From Lama guanicoe (taxonomy: Eukaryota), in assembly GCA_013239625.1 (NCBI GenBank), contig MU053934.1:3676399-3740398 (forward strand): DNA of 64,000 nt. Reading direction: 5' to 3'. Positions 27,561 through 41,600 of the stretch are shown in pieces. The notes beneath the pieces are model-generated. The model made no database searches and was not told the DNA's origin. It worked only from the letters and a program-made list of their open reading frames with translations. Position numbers and translations under genes: made by a program. Numbering within the stretch: position 1 is the first letter of the stretch; each line of letters starts with the position of its first letter.

Positions 27561-30500
27561 TGTTCTCCCTCACTGGGGTCTCTGAAATACCAAGGCTGTG
27601 TTGAATCCCTGCAGAACCCAGAATCTCCTGGGAGAGGGGAGGGGGCTGGGCTGTGGGCCCCAGAGCTGGAGGCCAGAACTGCAGGGACCCTGGGCTGTGC
27701 AGGGAATTGTGGGGATGTGGCAGGGGAGGCGCTGTGTTTGGGGAGGGGGAGGGCTGAGGGGCACGGGTCAGGGTCAAGGATACATTAATGACCGAGACAG
27801 GAGCTGAGTCTGGGTGAGTGTATGAGGGGTGGAAGCTCCCTTAAACGTTTCCTAGCTCCCCCACTCCCACCCCCCACCCCCCCAGTATGTTCTTCTGGGT
27901 TTGGGTGCAGTGGAAAGAGCACTGGTCTTGGAGTCAGGAAATCCTGCTGCTAGTATCCACATGGCCTTGGGCAAATGATGCTGTTAACCTCTCAGGACTT
28001 GGTTTTTGTGTGTATATAATGTGGATAATTTAATATATCATATCCCCAAGTGGATGGGAGAATTAAACAAGAATACACACACACACACGTGCACACATAC
28101 ACACACATTTGGTGCGGAATAAATGCTCGATAAATGGTAATTAGAAAAATAGTTTAGGGACCAGGAGGTGGGGAATGCTCACTTCAGTTCAAGTGCACAA
28201 GTGTTTACTGCGCAGCCGCCATGGATTTGCCTCAGGAGCCTGTAATCTGCCTGTTGAATCCCGACATCGGACCAGGGCGGTGTGTGAAAAGCCTTCATGA
28301 GTGGGCCTCTCCTGTCTGTGCCCCTTCGGTAGCGAAGGCCCACACTTCCAGAGTCCCCCAGGGGCTGGCCCAGCTCGGGGCGCCTCTGTCCACGGAGTCT
28401 CAACAACTCTGCGTGGGTGCTGTCATTATTTTCCATCTAGGAAGGGAACTGAGGCACAGAGAGGTTCAGTGACGTGCCCTGGCTCACCCAGCTAGTGATG
28501 GGAGGGAGTGGCCTGGTACCCACGTGCAGAGCCCCGGGGGCTGTTCCGTCCTCCTCCCGGCCCCTCTCCCCCAGGACTTTGCACTTGCTCTGAGCTCCTA
28601 GTCACTGCTTACAGCCCAGCTCAGAGGCCCTCTCTCTAGGAACGCACTCTTGGACACCCCTCGGTTGGAATTCTCTTCCTATATTACTTCCCTGGAGAGG
28701 AGAGGGAGATCGTTTCATTCTTGCCTCACCTCCTCACTTCACAGCCTGGCATTCAGTCTCCACTTTCTACGGGGTGCCCCCTTGAGGGCAGGGCCATGCC
28801 TTCCTCGTGGTCTCAGCCTTTCCAGCACAACCTCAGGGAGTCTTCTCTGGGCTGAGCTGCAGTCAGAGTTCCAAGGACAAAAAAGATAGGGGAGGCTGGG
28901 ATAGCGGCTTCCTGGAGGCGGAGGGCCTGAGTGCTCGGGGAGGAGGGACAGCATTCCAGGCCTGTCCCAACAAGGGCTCTTGCCCGTCCCTGTTTCTGGT
29001 CCAAGCCTAGGGTCGAGGACCTGGGCCAGGAAGGCAGCTCCTGGGGCCCAAGCTTTCCTTCCCCTCCAACCCCACCCACTCCGGGAACAAGGAAGCCGGG
29101 GCCAGTGCCCAGGGCTGCCTCGGGGCAGCTGGCCTCTGCCCTCTTCTTAGAAGCACAGAGTGGAGACTGCTTGTTCCTGTCATCCAGACCCAGCTGCCGG
29201 AAAGCGTTTCCTGGTGTCTGCCTGAACCTCTCATGCTGCAGTGAACTTTTGTGATTGTACCCTCTGTGCAGGACTCTGGGCCAGGAGCTAGGGTGGGGAT
29301 GTGATGGGGGCCAGACCTGGCTTTGAGAAATTCAGAGTTTGATGGGAGAGACTGACATGGAAACCCAGAATGCTGTCACAGCCAAGGTCCTCCATGGCCA
29401 AACAGGGATGGAGGCTCAAGTCCCAGATGGGCTGTGGGGGCCCTGTGTTGCCTCGGCCACCTTCCTCCCTCTCCAGGCCTCATCTTCCTCATGCGTAACG
29501 TGAGGGGCAGGCTGGGTCATCTCTGAGGGCATTTGCAGGTTCGATAGCCCAAGAAATCTATTTCAAAACAAGAGGCCAATGCCTGACCCAGTGTTTCCAA
29601 AGTGGTGCCTCCGAGCCTGCTGTGTTCCTCAGAAGCAGCATCTCTTGAAAAGACAGTTTTGTGGGAAAGCAAGTTTGGGAAACACTGCTTTCCACTTTTT
29701 CTTTTTAGACATGCAGGACCTTTTAGGGTGTTACAAGCGCTAACGGCTGCAGTTAAGAAATGGATCTTGAAAATATTTATCCCCCAGCCCTCTTTCTCCT
29801 CCTTCTTCTCCTAACTTCTTTCCTCTGGCTCTGGTCCTTTTCTCTCCTCCGTCCTTTCTCCTAAGAGTCAAGAGCTCTGAGCCACAGAGGGCCTGGACAT
29901 CCCTTAGGGCACAGTCCTCAGTTCCTTAGTCCCATCAGTCCCCACCCGGAGCTCTACCTCCCCTACGCACGCCCTTGACCTAAGCTGCAGTCAGGTTTAC
30001 TCTCCCCGGCCCCGCTGAGCTGCCCAAACCCAGCAGGCCAAGCCTGGCCCACGGGACACCTTGCCTGTTAGCTAAGGCCTAGAGCCTCCTTGTCTCCCAC
30101 CTCGTTCGCCATTCCAGCAGGACATCATCTGCTGTGAGCTCTTTCTCACCTTCCTCCATGGTGCCGGGCGCAGAGATGATGCACGTGATGCAAGTGAATG
30201 AATGACTTGCAGGTCAGTGAACATGTACAGGCAGTGAGTTGTGGTGCTGTTGAGTTACGTGGCTCCAGGTTTGGATACTGGCACCCCTGCTTAGCGGCTG
30301 TGTGCCCTTGGCAAATGGCTTAATGTCTCTGAAGCTCAGTTTCCTTCCAGGTCGGGGTAGGATTAAACCAGATACTGTATGTAAACACTCAGGACAGTGC
30401 CTGGCACATTACAGGGCTCGGCAAATAGCAGCTATTGTTATCAGCATCTCTGGCGTCTTCCCCAAAGGGAGGCCGTTGGTTGACCCTGGGTTTGATAGTA

Positions 30501-32962
30501 GCCATTGCTTCTTGTCCTACGTGCTGTGATCACTAACCTTGGAGGCTGGCAGAGCAACGGCAGGATCATCATCCCGTGAAACAAAAGCAGAAAGGGAAGC
30601 GATCGATTGTGGTTGGCTGAGGTCACGTGGCTGTTTGGTCTCACAACTTGGTCTCTCTGCCAGGACTCCTTGCCCCAGGTTTCCTGAGGACCCACCCTTG
30701 GCAAAGCTCTGCTGTCTGTGTGGTCGTCAAGAGGGGCAAGTGCTCAGCTTGTCTTTGGGGAGCTTGTGGACCAGTTGGGAGTTGGTTCATTCATTCAGAC
30801 TTTCCCACACACCTGTGTATGGATGAAGGCAACATAGAGCAGACATGTGTATGGATGAAGAGAGTGGTGAAGGTGGAGGGAAAAAAGGGAGTGTATGGGA
30901 GGACCAAGCATGGCCTTTTTGAGAGGGGACCCTTTGTGTTGCCTCTGGAGGGGCTGCTCCTCCAAGCAACAGCAGGGCATCTTGTGGGGAGGGGCTGTCC
31001 AGGTTGCCCATTTTAGGACGTGACTGGAAAACCTGGGTCTTCTCATTATGGATTCCCTGTCGTTTCACTCTGTCATCCAGGGCTTTAGCCAGGACCAGGG
31101 CCGTGGATGCCAAAGGGCAGGGTCTGGGCAGGCTTGGCGGGAGTGGAGCCCAGGACGCTCATTTGAGGTTGGCACGGTGAGTGCACCCCTGCTCTCACAA
31201 GGTTACCTCTGTCCCCTGACAGTGAAAATGGGTGATCTAATGGGATTTCAGTGTTTATGTGAACTCAAAGGGGCTTCCTCGCAAAAAGATTACCTTATCT
31301 TTCAACGATGTCAGTTCATAATGAAAAAGGGAACTGAATGATGACCCAGAGCCAGAGAGTCCAGGGTTCAAATCCAGTCCTTGCCCCACTAACCAGCAGT
31401 GGGATCGAGACAGTCACGCCATCTTCCTCCACCTCAGTTTGCTTGTCTGGAAAATGAGGAGAACACTCCCTGCCTCGTGGGAAGTTCACAAAGGTGAAAG
31501 AAAGGTGGAATGCAGGTGCTTGGCACAGTGCCTGGGACAAAAGGTAGGCATGATAATTGCCTTCTCTCAGTCACCTCAGTGGCCGCTCCATGTCCAGCAT
31601 TTTCCTGGTCTATTGGGTAGAATAATGCCTTGGATGTAGTGCACCCAGGAAAACCTCTTCCCTTTCCAGGGGCAAGAGTTGCATTTACTGCAATAAGAGC
31701 AAAGGACGTGGGCACAGCCTGGGGGTGTGCCCCCTGCCAAGGTGCTTTGGTTCAGGCAGAAAGTGTAATGTATGTCCATGAGGCTGCCAGGCAGGGAGAT
31801 TTTGTATTCAGATGGTAGGCTGAGAAGTCAAGAGTTTGAAAGTCTCCTGTTTGGGACTAGAACACTGAATGGAAGTCTCTGTGCCTCAGTTTTGGCAGGT
31901 GCAGTGGGAGGAGCTGCTCCCGACTCTGCCAAGGTCCTGACTCTGCTGTGTGACCTTGGGCAAGTCAGCCACCCTCTCTGGGCTCTCTCGTTCCTCAATC
32001 TGTACAGTGAGGGATTTGGCCCCTGAGATCTTTGTGGGTACTTCCAGATTTACTGTCAGAGGTTTTAGGGTTCTATAGGAAAATGCTCACATCTGGTTTT
32101 GTCTCTTGGAGGCAGCTGCTAAGGGCTGGACATGTGAGCACATAGCAGGTGCTCAGTAAGTGCTTTTTGAATCTGTTGAATCTCACTGACCAGAGAGAGA
32201 ACCCACTAAGAGCCCTGCACCACTTCTCCTCTCCCCAGAGAGCCTGTCTGCTGGCCTGGGTCACAAGTCCTGTTAGCCCTTTGCAGGCGGGGCCCACAGT
32301 TTGCTCTCCATGGTTAGCCATTTACTCATTTGTTCTAACGCACACAGGTGCCACAGACAAACCTGCACAGAGGGAGATAAAACTCCAGATTGCAGATGGA
32401 GTAAATAAATGTTTCCTTATCATGGCACTTAGGATCAAAATCCCAAATCTTTAGCCTGATCTGGCATGACCCGGCCCCATTCTCATCCAAGACTCCAGCC
32501 AGAGTGGCCACCCTCTACCTCCATAAACGCAGTCCTCTGAGCTCCCCCAAATGCTCTCCCTCCACGGAACCTGCTTCCACAATCACCTCATTAGCTTCCC
32601 CTTTGCACTTAGCCTATAGATCTGCAGTCACCTCCCCAACCCTCCAGCATCACCTTTTCTCTCTGACAGCCCCTCAGTCTTTTCCTTCAGAGCATTCACT
32701 GCAACTTATGATTATATATTTATTGTGAGAGTAGTTATTTACTGTCTCTCCTCCCACAAGGATGTCAGCTTCATGAACCCTTGGTGATCAGCTGAGTGCC
32801 AGGCACACCAGACATGCCGAATGAATGAATGAATGAATGGGCAGCCTCGTGGGGAGGACGGGAGAGGTGAGGGGCAGTGGGAGGCCTGGAGAGGTGATGA
32901 AAGTGAGGAGGGAGGTTGACGGTCAGAGGAGGAAACTTGTCCAGGGATGGAGGCAGGCATCT

Positions 32963-33004
32963 ATTTTTTTTTAAGTTATTAATATTTTTAATTGAAGTAT
33001 AGTC
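32963..33004 (-). mobile_element. 42-bp 5'-truncated L1 tail with perfect 14-bp TSD
   Basis: ggaggcaggcatct at 32949-32962 and 33005-33018. Insert ends ttaattgaagtatagtc, like the L1 end at about 44440. Confidence 0.8.
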
Positions 33005-35900
33005 GGAGGCAGGCATCTTGATTCCCAGTCCACTGCTCTTCTTCCTTCTGGAACTTGGAGCGCCTGGAGGGATAGTCTGGGTTTAGTGGGACACCAAGTC
33101 CCTGAGGACCTAGAGAAGGGGAAGAGGAGGGGACAGGGCATCTGAGCCAGCTCCCCAGCCTGCTCCACCCTTTCTCCCAGCAGGCAGGAAGGACAGGGCA
33201 GATCTGTCAGCTTCAGACACCACTGCCCCGGGGGACCCAGCCCTGAGCCCAAGGAGGCGGAGGGAAAGAGGTGGGGGACAGGAAGCACCCGGGTCTTCCC
33301 CTCCTCCCTCCTGCCCCACCCTCCACCCCCATCTCTGGCTAGAGCTGGCAGCCTCAGGCCTTGGCACTAGGGGGACGGGGGTGGGGAAATGGGGGATAGG
33401 AATCCCATTCTGGGCCAATGCCTTCCTCTCCCCCATTTGATTTCTGGGTCTCAGACACCCCCTGGAGAGCTGGGCCCAGGACCTTGAGGCTAGAGAGACA
33501 GAGGGCCCGGGAGAGGGCACTGCCCACTTGAGCCCTCCTCTGTGCCTGGCACTGTGTGGACCACCCTGTGGCCCCGGGCTGGGACCCGGGAGGCCTTGCT
33601 GTGAGGTCCAGCTTTGCAGGGAACTGCTGTGCGACTTTGGGTGGGGTACAACCCCTGTTCTGGCCACCAGCATCCTCCTCATCTGTCAGTGTGGCCCAAA
33701 CCTGGCGTCGCTGCAAGCCCACTGCAGAGCTTCCTGTGAATGCTGATTCCCAGGTCCCATTCCGAGTCGTAGATCTGGGTGGGATTTCTTTCTGAAAGTT
33801 CCACGGTGATTATGCTGCAGCTGGTGGGGGAAATATTGGAATAGATAGATGGTCTCTAAGGCCTCCATCCCCAGCCTCAAATCTCCCACCTCTTGGGCAG
33901 GCTGATCTTCTGGGCTTCTGTGGAGCTCTCCTCCCTGCTGCAACCCAAGCAGGCACAGCTCGGGCTCTCAGTGGCGCTGGAGCCCTGGAGGTGCACGGGC
34001 TGCAGGGGCCCAGGTGGGGGCTTCATGGACCTGCTGGAAACCCAGAGGAGCCTGGGAGGGGCCTGAGACCAGGGCTGGCCCCTCCCTCCTCCTTCTCTCC
34101 TCCTCTTCCCCCTGACCTCCGCTTTCTCCTTTTTCCGCTTGTATTGCTGCCTCTTGTCCACAGCCTTGTTTTTCTCTCTGCCTTGACTTCATTCTCTCTC
34201 TCCATCACTTCTGCTTCCTCTTTTTTCCGTCCACAGCCCCCTCTCTCTGGGAGTCTCTGTTACTCTGCCCCCATAGGTGGTAGTTCTGTCTTGGTGTCCC
34301 TCTCTTTCTGGCCCTCTCTGCCCTTGGCTGGCTGTCGTCTCTGACCTTGTTCTCCTTCCTTCTCCAACCTCTGGCTCTGCTCTCAAAATCTCATCTTTCT
34401 CTCTGTCTCTCTCTCTCTCTGCATTTCTCTGTCTCTCCCCCACCATCCCTCACCTGCCCTGTCCCTGTCTACCAGGAACTGTGGGGAGGCTGCCAGAGGT
34501 GGGAGGGCCCTGGGAAAATGAGAGCGGTGGGGAGATGTGACGACTTAGAGAAACTGAGATTTGTGTGAAAGATGCAGAGCAGCTCTCGGAGCCAAAGGCA
34601 CTGGTCCTTCTGTCCCGACCTTCAGGGTTCTCCCTGCCTGGCTCCAGCCCACGTTTCCAGCTTGCTTCTCCCCAGGCCACATTGCTCGGGCCACCCCATG
34701 CCCTGGTCACCCAGCTGCTCCCTCAGGCCAGTGCCAGTGCCCTGTATCCTTCTGATTTCCAGCCTCACTCTTCTTCCTGTGCCCCCAAGGCACTGAGTCT
34801 GGGTGGGGGACAGGCAGGAGATGAGGCCGGAGGATGAGGTCAGGCCTCCCGAACAGTCATCACTGGGTCAAACTGAAGGACTAGGGTGAGAGGCAAAGGT
34901 GGCAGATATTGGTGGCAGAGCAGGTGTTTGTGTCCCCTTCATGTGTGCACCCAGCACCCAGAGAGCCAAGAGGATTTGCTCAGGTTCGCATAGCAGGCCT
35001 GTGGAATTGGGACAGTGACAGGGAGAGGTGGGTCATGGAAGGGGAGGGTGATGGGGAGGGAGACAGTGTCTTGGTCCAGAAGCCAGGGACCTGGGGACAG
35101 GGCTGTGTCACGAACTTGCGGAGGCACGGGGCTATGCTCTCCTCATCTCTGGGCCTCAGTTTCCCCAGCTGAGCAGGGAGGGGCTGGCCTCGTGGTCTCT
35201 GAGGCTCTTCCTACTCTCATTGTCTAAACTGGGAGGGGTGGGGTGAGGACAGGGAATGAAGAGATGGTGGGTTTTTACTCAACAGACCAGTTCCTCCCTG
35301 TCCTCTAGGCTCGGAGGATCAAAAGAGGCCACGGGGCACCTCTTGTCTCTCCTCAGTGACCTGCCCGGACAGGTGGTGTCAGGCCTCCTGTTCTGTTAAC
35401 CCCCTCAGGGCCAGGGCAGGGCCAAGGGCCCTAGCCTCCCAGCTGCTCCTTGAAGAAGTCTCCCTGGTGGCCAGAGACCTCAGGCTGGCCCCAGGGGGAG
35501 GCTGTAGACCCTGGGCCTCTCATACTTTGGTGGAGAGGCCTTCTGGCCACCAGGGCTTGGCTGAGAGCCTCAGGTGAGGAGCTGGGGTCAGGCTCCCCCA
35601 GGAAGGTTGGGTGGTCCTGCTCTCCCATCGTGGGGACTTCATCCCAGGAGCTGTGGGCAAGAAGAGCACCTGTTTCTCCTAGATGCCCTCTCTGTACCCA
35701 ACCCCCTGCTGGCCCTATGGCCCCGGGGGTGGGGACATGCAGAGGATCGGCCCGGAGAAGGGTTAAGTCTGGAACTCTTGGGATGGCTTTGGCCACGGCT
35801 ATTCCTCCGGGAGAGGAGAACAAGGAGCCCATTCTGTGTGTGGGAATTAATAGCAAAGAGTCATCTGGGGTGTCATTCAAGCCCTGATCGGCTCCCAGAG

Positions 35901-35906
<6 letters not shown>

Positions 35907-35960
<54 letters not shown>

Positions 35961-35969
35961 GAGAGAGAG
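35907..35969. repeat. (GA)n microsatellite
   Basis: About 31 units, one interruption. Confidence 0.98.
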
Positions 35970-38462
35970 TCGGGATTGGGGGTGGAGGGGCCTGAGGCAG
36001 AGATGTCAGAGGAAGGGCATCAGGGTCCGGCTGGGAACAGGCCCTGCCTGGCGGGTGAGTCCACTGCCCTGATACTGGAGTCCTGCTTTTTGTCACAGAT
36101 GTACCCCTGTCCCAACTCGGAATGGAGACCCTCTCCCGTCATTCCCTCACCAAGGGTCTCCACCTTCTGTCTTCCCTCTTCCCCAGAATGGCTGCAGCCT
36201 CTACTGCCATGTGACTGTCTCCCCAGAGGCCTGGAGCTCAGCCCGGGCTATGGGCCTGTCAGGGCGGGCCACCGGCCTGCTCTCCTGGGCACCCCTGGTC
36301 TGCACCCATGTTTTCCTAAGGGTCCATGGTGTTCCCTCTGGAGAGAGCCCTGAGGCTGGCGCTGTGGAGTGCCAGCTTGGGCTCCTGAGTTGTACCATCT
36401 GTCCCAGGGTCCAGGGGCCTGGCTCCAGGTCCAGCCTAGATGTGTTCCTGCCTGGTGACAGCAGGCACCTTCAGCTGCATGCACGTGGCAGGCACTGGGG
36501 CACTTCAGCCACCACAAGGTCTCAGCCCTCTCCTTCTGTGTCGGCCTCAGCCGTGCCCCTGGGGGAGGTCCTGCAGGCCTCTGAGACATCTTGAATGTCA
36601 CGGCCTTAGGAAGGGTCTCGGAGACGTTCCAGGTCAAACTCCTGTTTTTGCAGACCTGCAGGCTGAGGCCCAGGAAGGTACGGCCTGTCCCGCTCTGGGT
36701 CATCCGCCTCTCAGTCCAGTGCCCTGACTCCACCCTACAGAGGGCCTCCCAGGCCACTGGGTGGAAGCTGCCCGGCAGATGCAAAGGATGGGGACTTTGG
36801 GGTGGTCAGAGCAGGGGACTCCCTCCCTGCTTGTGTGATGAGGGCAGAGCTCCTCAGCCTCCTGAGCCCCGGTGGTCTCATCTGTAAACGGGGTCACGTA
36901 ACACTCACCTGGCAGCTTTGTGGTGATTGAGAGGCGGTAACAGGTGTACGGTGCCTCACACAATAGCAGACCGCTGAGCGCTGTTATTCATATTGTGATT
37001 ATCATTATTATTGGAGGTCTGGGTGGCCTCCACTGCCCTTGGGCTGAAAGGCTCACCTGCGTACCATTTGACTGCCTGAATCTGCCGCTGGCAGGCTGCG
37101 TTCTCTTGGGCGCATCTTCAGAATCCCATGGTTGCTGCTCCTGGGCTGTGGTTTTGGTGGGGGTGAGATTCCCAGCCCCCAAGCATCCTGGTGCCAGCAT
37201 CACTTCCACACTTGGTGACTCATCCCACTGGTTGTGCTGGAACTTGGTGCCTTTCCCCCAGACAGCATGCGGCAGGGGCAGAGTGTGCAGTGGGAGCTCT
37301 GGAAAGCTCTGGACCTCAGTTTCCTCCTCAGTAACACAGCCAGCCTTCCTCACCATGGTAGACTCTGGGCATATTGAAGCCTGAAGGGATCTTAGAGGTG
37401 GTCCAGCCAGATCCCCTTATGGTGATGAAGAGATGGGAACTAAGGTCTAGAAAAGAGACGGGCCCGTCGTGAGGCTCAGGAGAGGTAATACATGCAGGCT
37501 CTCAACTGCCTGCTGCTGGCCACTCAAATGGTGTGATGTGAACAGAGTTCTCTGGAGAGAATAGATGCCAATTATAGAAATATTTTATAGAGGCGCAGTT
37601 GACAGATACAGAAATAAATATAAGTTGCATTGTCTTAGATTCATCAGGAGAAAGATAGGTTTTTAGGGGAATTCATGAATTTATTCATTATATAGACAGT
37701 GCCTGAGTGCTTGCTCCGTGCTGGCTGGCCACCAGGGACACAGAGAGGAATCAGACTCTGCCCCTTGACCTTGAGTTTCATGGTCCTGAGGAGGAATTAG
37801 GTAGATAAATACCTAATTCATTCTATCCAATACTGTCAGCGCTGAGGGGAGACAGCACCAGGGGGATTGTCTTAACTTTTGGCAGGGGAAGTTTTTTATT
37901 GACCCACAAAAATATTTGAGAACTAAAGAAAAAAATCACTAGCTTCAAAGCGTGGGAAGAAAAGAGCAAAATGGAAATTAATCAGAATTTCAAATGAAGA
38001 CTCACAAAAATCCTGTAAAACTTGTTTATAGCCAAATGGTTCTATTTAGTATGTGATGTGGGTACATTTTAATATGCTTGATATGATGTGGGGTCCGTCT
38101 GGGACATACAAGGGTCTTAGGAAATGATTCTAAGTGCCATGGGCTGAGGGTGCTTAGCAAAGGGAGCTGTGCCTGGGGCAATCAAGGAGGGCTTCTGATT
38201 GGAGGTGATATTCCATCAAATCTTAAAGACAGAGAAAGGTTTGAACAGAGGGAAAAGCAGCCTAATGGTGGCTGAAGTAGAAGGAGATGCTTGAGCAAAG
38301 GTAAGGAGGAAAGAAAGCATAGGGAGAATTTGTGAGACGAGCAAAGTATTTTAGATTTAAGGTATGGAGAACAGGGGAGGGGCCAGAGTGACACTAGAAA
38401 GGTTGGCAAAGGACTTTATCTGGAGGACAATTGGGAACGATGGAGAAGTTTTAAGACGGAGA

Positions 38463-38610
38463 GGGGGAACAACAAGTTCATGCTATATAGAATAGAGAAC
38501 TATATTCAATATCTTGTAGTCACTTATGGTGAAAAAGAACATGAAAAGAAATATATGTATGTTCATGTATGATTGAAGCATTACGCTGTACACCAGAAAT
38601 TAACTGACGG
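38463..38610 (+). mobile_element. L1 3'-UTR fragment (younger, lineage-type)
   Basis: gaactatattcaatatcttgtagt...gctgtacaccagaaatt. Confidence 0.7.
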
Positions 38611-41600
38611 TCAGCTGGTTTTTTTTTAAGTTCACTCTCAAAAGCATCATGGAAGGTGCATGCTGCGGGGAGGGGAGAGAGGTGCTGGAAGAGCCTGGAG
38701 GCAGAGAGGCCAGTTGGGAGGCTGAGGTGTTAATCCCAGTGACAGACGATGAGGACCTGTGCTGGAACAGGGCCACAGTGGGGAGAGAAGAGGAGGAGAG
38801 ATTTGAGAACTAATCAGGCAGTGGTTGGAGTGAAAGAAGCTGGAAACAGGTGGTAATATCAACACCTACAGTTCCCTGAGTGCTCACTGTGGGCCTGGCA
38901 CTTTCGTGATGTGTCTCCTGGCTGAATCCTCATAATGGGAGGCAGGCTTCACTTAACTGAAATGCATCGTGTGATCCTTCCACGATGATATAGAACCATA
39001 TAGAACCATAGTCCTATGTGCCCCGCATTTAAAAAAATGTCAAAAAAAACTGTATAAGTGATATATAGCCAAATTAGAAAATATAGAGAAACTAAAAGAA
39101 GAAAGTAAAACTCAATCTTACTCCCACTGTTCAGAGAGTGGTAACATTTTCGTGTAAATGTTCTCACACTTTTATCCCTGTATGTGTGCATACTGTGTCT
39201 GTCCGAGTAGGTCAATGCACAGCAGTTGAGCTTGTCTCCAGGTGGAGGAGAGGGTAGATGTTTGGGGTTCATCTGTGTACATGCGTGTTTCTGATTGGGT
39301 TTACATCAGCTCCATGGACAGCAAGCTGTTCTGGGTTCTTACTTACTTTTGCTCACTCGATCTGTCAGGGACTGGGAGAAGCCGGTTAAAGTCTCCTTTT
39401 CCTGGCATGCTTCAGTTTCTTCTTGAATCTCCTATAGTTTCCACTTTATGGATGTTGACACTATGTTATTTGGTGCATCAGTATTTCTACTTTTACATCT
39501 TTATTATGTTTAGTTTAGTTTTATAAAGTCTACTTTCTCATCATTTTTAATGCTTTTTGGCCTAAACTTAACCTTGTCAGATCATAAGGTTTCAGGCCCT
39601 GATCATCTGTGTTTTCTTGATATGCCTTCACCATCAGCAATATACAGTTTAGATATTTAAAAGTTTGAACTCCAGAGGCCAGCAGAACTGAGTTGGAATC
39701 CTGATTTTGACACTCACTAGGTCAAATCTTAAGGTTCAAAATCTCCATTTTCAATGAAAGAGACTAATAACAACTTCATAGGGCTGTTGTGACTAAAGGA
39801 GAAAAGTCTTGCGTTAAAAATAAAAGATTGTTATGAGTGGATGCCCACTGTCTGCAGGGCCTTGTGCTGATTTCTGAGCAGCCACTTACAGGACCTGTGG
39901 GGTGAGGGCACATTCAGATGCAGAACTGATACAAGTGTCAGGTGGGGCACCTGACTTCTACGTAAGGGGTCCCACCGATGGGCCACTGGGATGGAAGGAA
40001 GTTGGTGACTGACTGGTCTGTGTAGGTGGCAGAGTGAGAGGTTGTCTGGCAAAGCGGGGATGGGAAGGGTGATCCTAGAACCTGAAATGAAGAAATCTAC
40101 AGCAGCAGAAATCTACACCCTCTAGCGAGGTCTGCAGACTGGTACCTTCCCTGTCAATACAGGACTTTGCTCAAAGTACAGACCTTAGAAACTCATGTAA
40201 GAGTTTGGCATACCTGCAATTTCCAAGAGGGTGATAAATTTTTAATAATTTATTTTTATTGTATTTTATAAAAGCATTGGCCCAAAAGATTGGTTTTTTA
40301 AATAAAGTTTGTCCTTCCCTCCAGCGGGCTGGGGAAGCACTGGTCTGGATGGACAGCTGATGTCAGGTTGAGTAGCGAACTGATGAGAGAGGGCATTGAG
40401 CGGTCATATGGGCGGCTGTGCATGTGCCCAAGGGACCTTGGGATTATCTGCTGGAGCCAGAAGGTCAGAGTGATCACAGGGAGCTGTGCAAAGCCACCCA
40501 TCCCTGTCGAAGGCCATCCTTCTCCAACCATTAACTCAGCAACAGTTGATGGTGCACGCGCCATGTGCCAAGACAGGGGCTGTCACACATGTGACTAGGG
40601 AGGAGGGCAAGCCACAGCTGTACTGGCCCACTGAGAGCCGGCACCTCTCACTTCATTGCCAACTTAGGGGGGGTCAACTCAGCTCTGGGGAGGGGCAGGG
40701 GAGGAGAACAATGAGTAGCTTTTCCATCCGCTCGATCTATCACCCCATGCACCCTACCCTCACGGGGCCTCCAGGAAGGGCTTGGCTCAGGGCAGAGGCA
40801 GTAGAGAGTGAGGGACAGAGCACAGAGCACACAGCTTGGGTCCCAGCCGTGGTCCCAGTCTGTCACTTGCATTTGTGCAGTGGTTCTGGGGCGGTCTGTC
40901 ACCTCTCTGATCTCCAGGTTCTCCTTTTACATGATGGGGATCCTGGGGTCCTCCATCCTCACCTTGCAGAACTGAAATTAGAATGACACTGTGATTAGAA
41001 GGAGCTTTGGAGAGGGCAGTAGGCTGACTTGGGAAGGCACCCTGCTCCTGTCTTCTAGATGTTCCAGGAAGCCACAGGTTTGAAAAATCTGGGAAGAACT
41101 TGGATTTTACCTGTTACAAGAGCTCCATTTTTCAGTGAATAAAACCAAGAGATCCAGAGAGGGCAAGGGGTGTGCCTGAGGTCACCAGTGGTGAGCAGCA
41201 GCTTGGGAACTTGCACCTGACTCCTGACTTGAAGTCCAGCACATGGTGCCTGAGGGGAGCCATGCTGGCACCTGGACAGCAGAACAGCAGGGACCATCAC
41301 TTTGGCAGGTCCCCACCCCTTCCTCATTGGATCTCTGGACAGCGCCCGCCCTGGACTGCACATGGGTGGGGACACCTCCTGAGAGGGCAGTGGGCGGAGT
41401 GGGAGCAGACTCGGTGACAGGGCAGACCCTAAGTGGCTGCCAGGGTGGCTGCCAGGCGGGAGGGGGCCCCCAGCTGCAGGGACCAGAGTCTTGACCTGTG
41501 AGGATGAGCCAGTAAAAGGAAGGTTCGGGGTTCAGAGGAGGTGGGGAAGGGGCATGAGCTGTGGGAACACGAGAGGTAGGAGGAAGCTGAAGAATCTGGT

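Noticed and set aside
35431..36353. 221-aa and 259-aa ORFs
   Set aside because: Kept open by the (GA)n repeat and high GC content.
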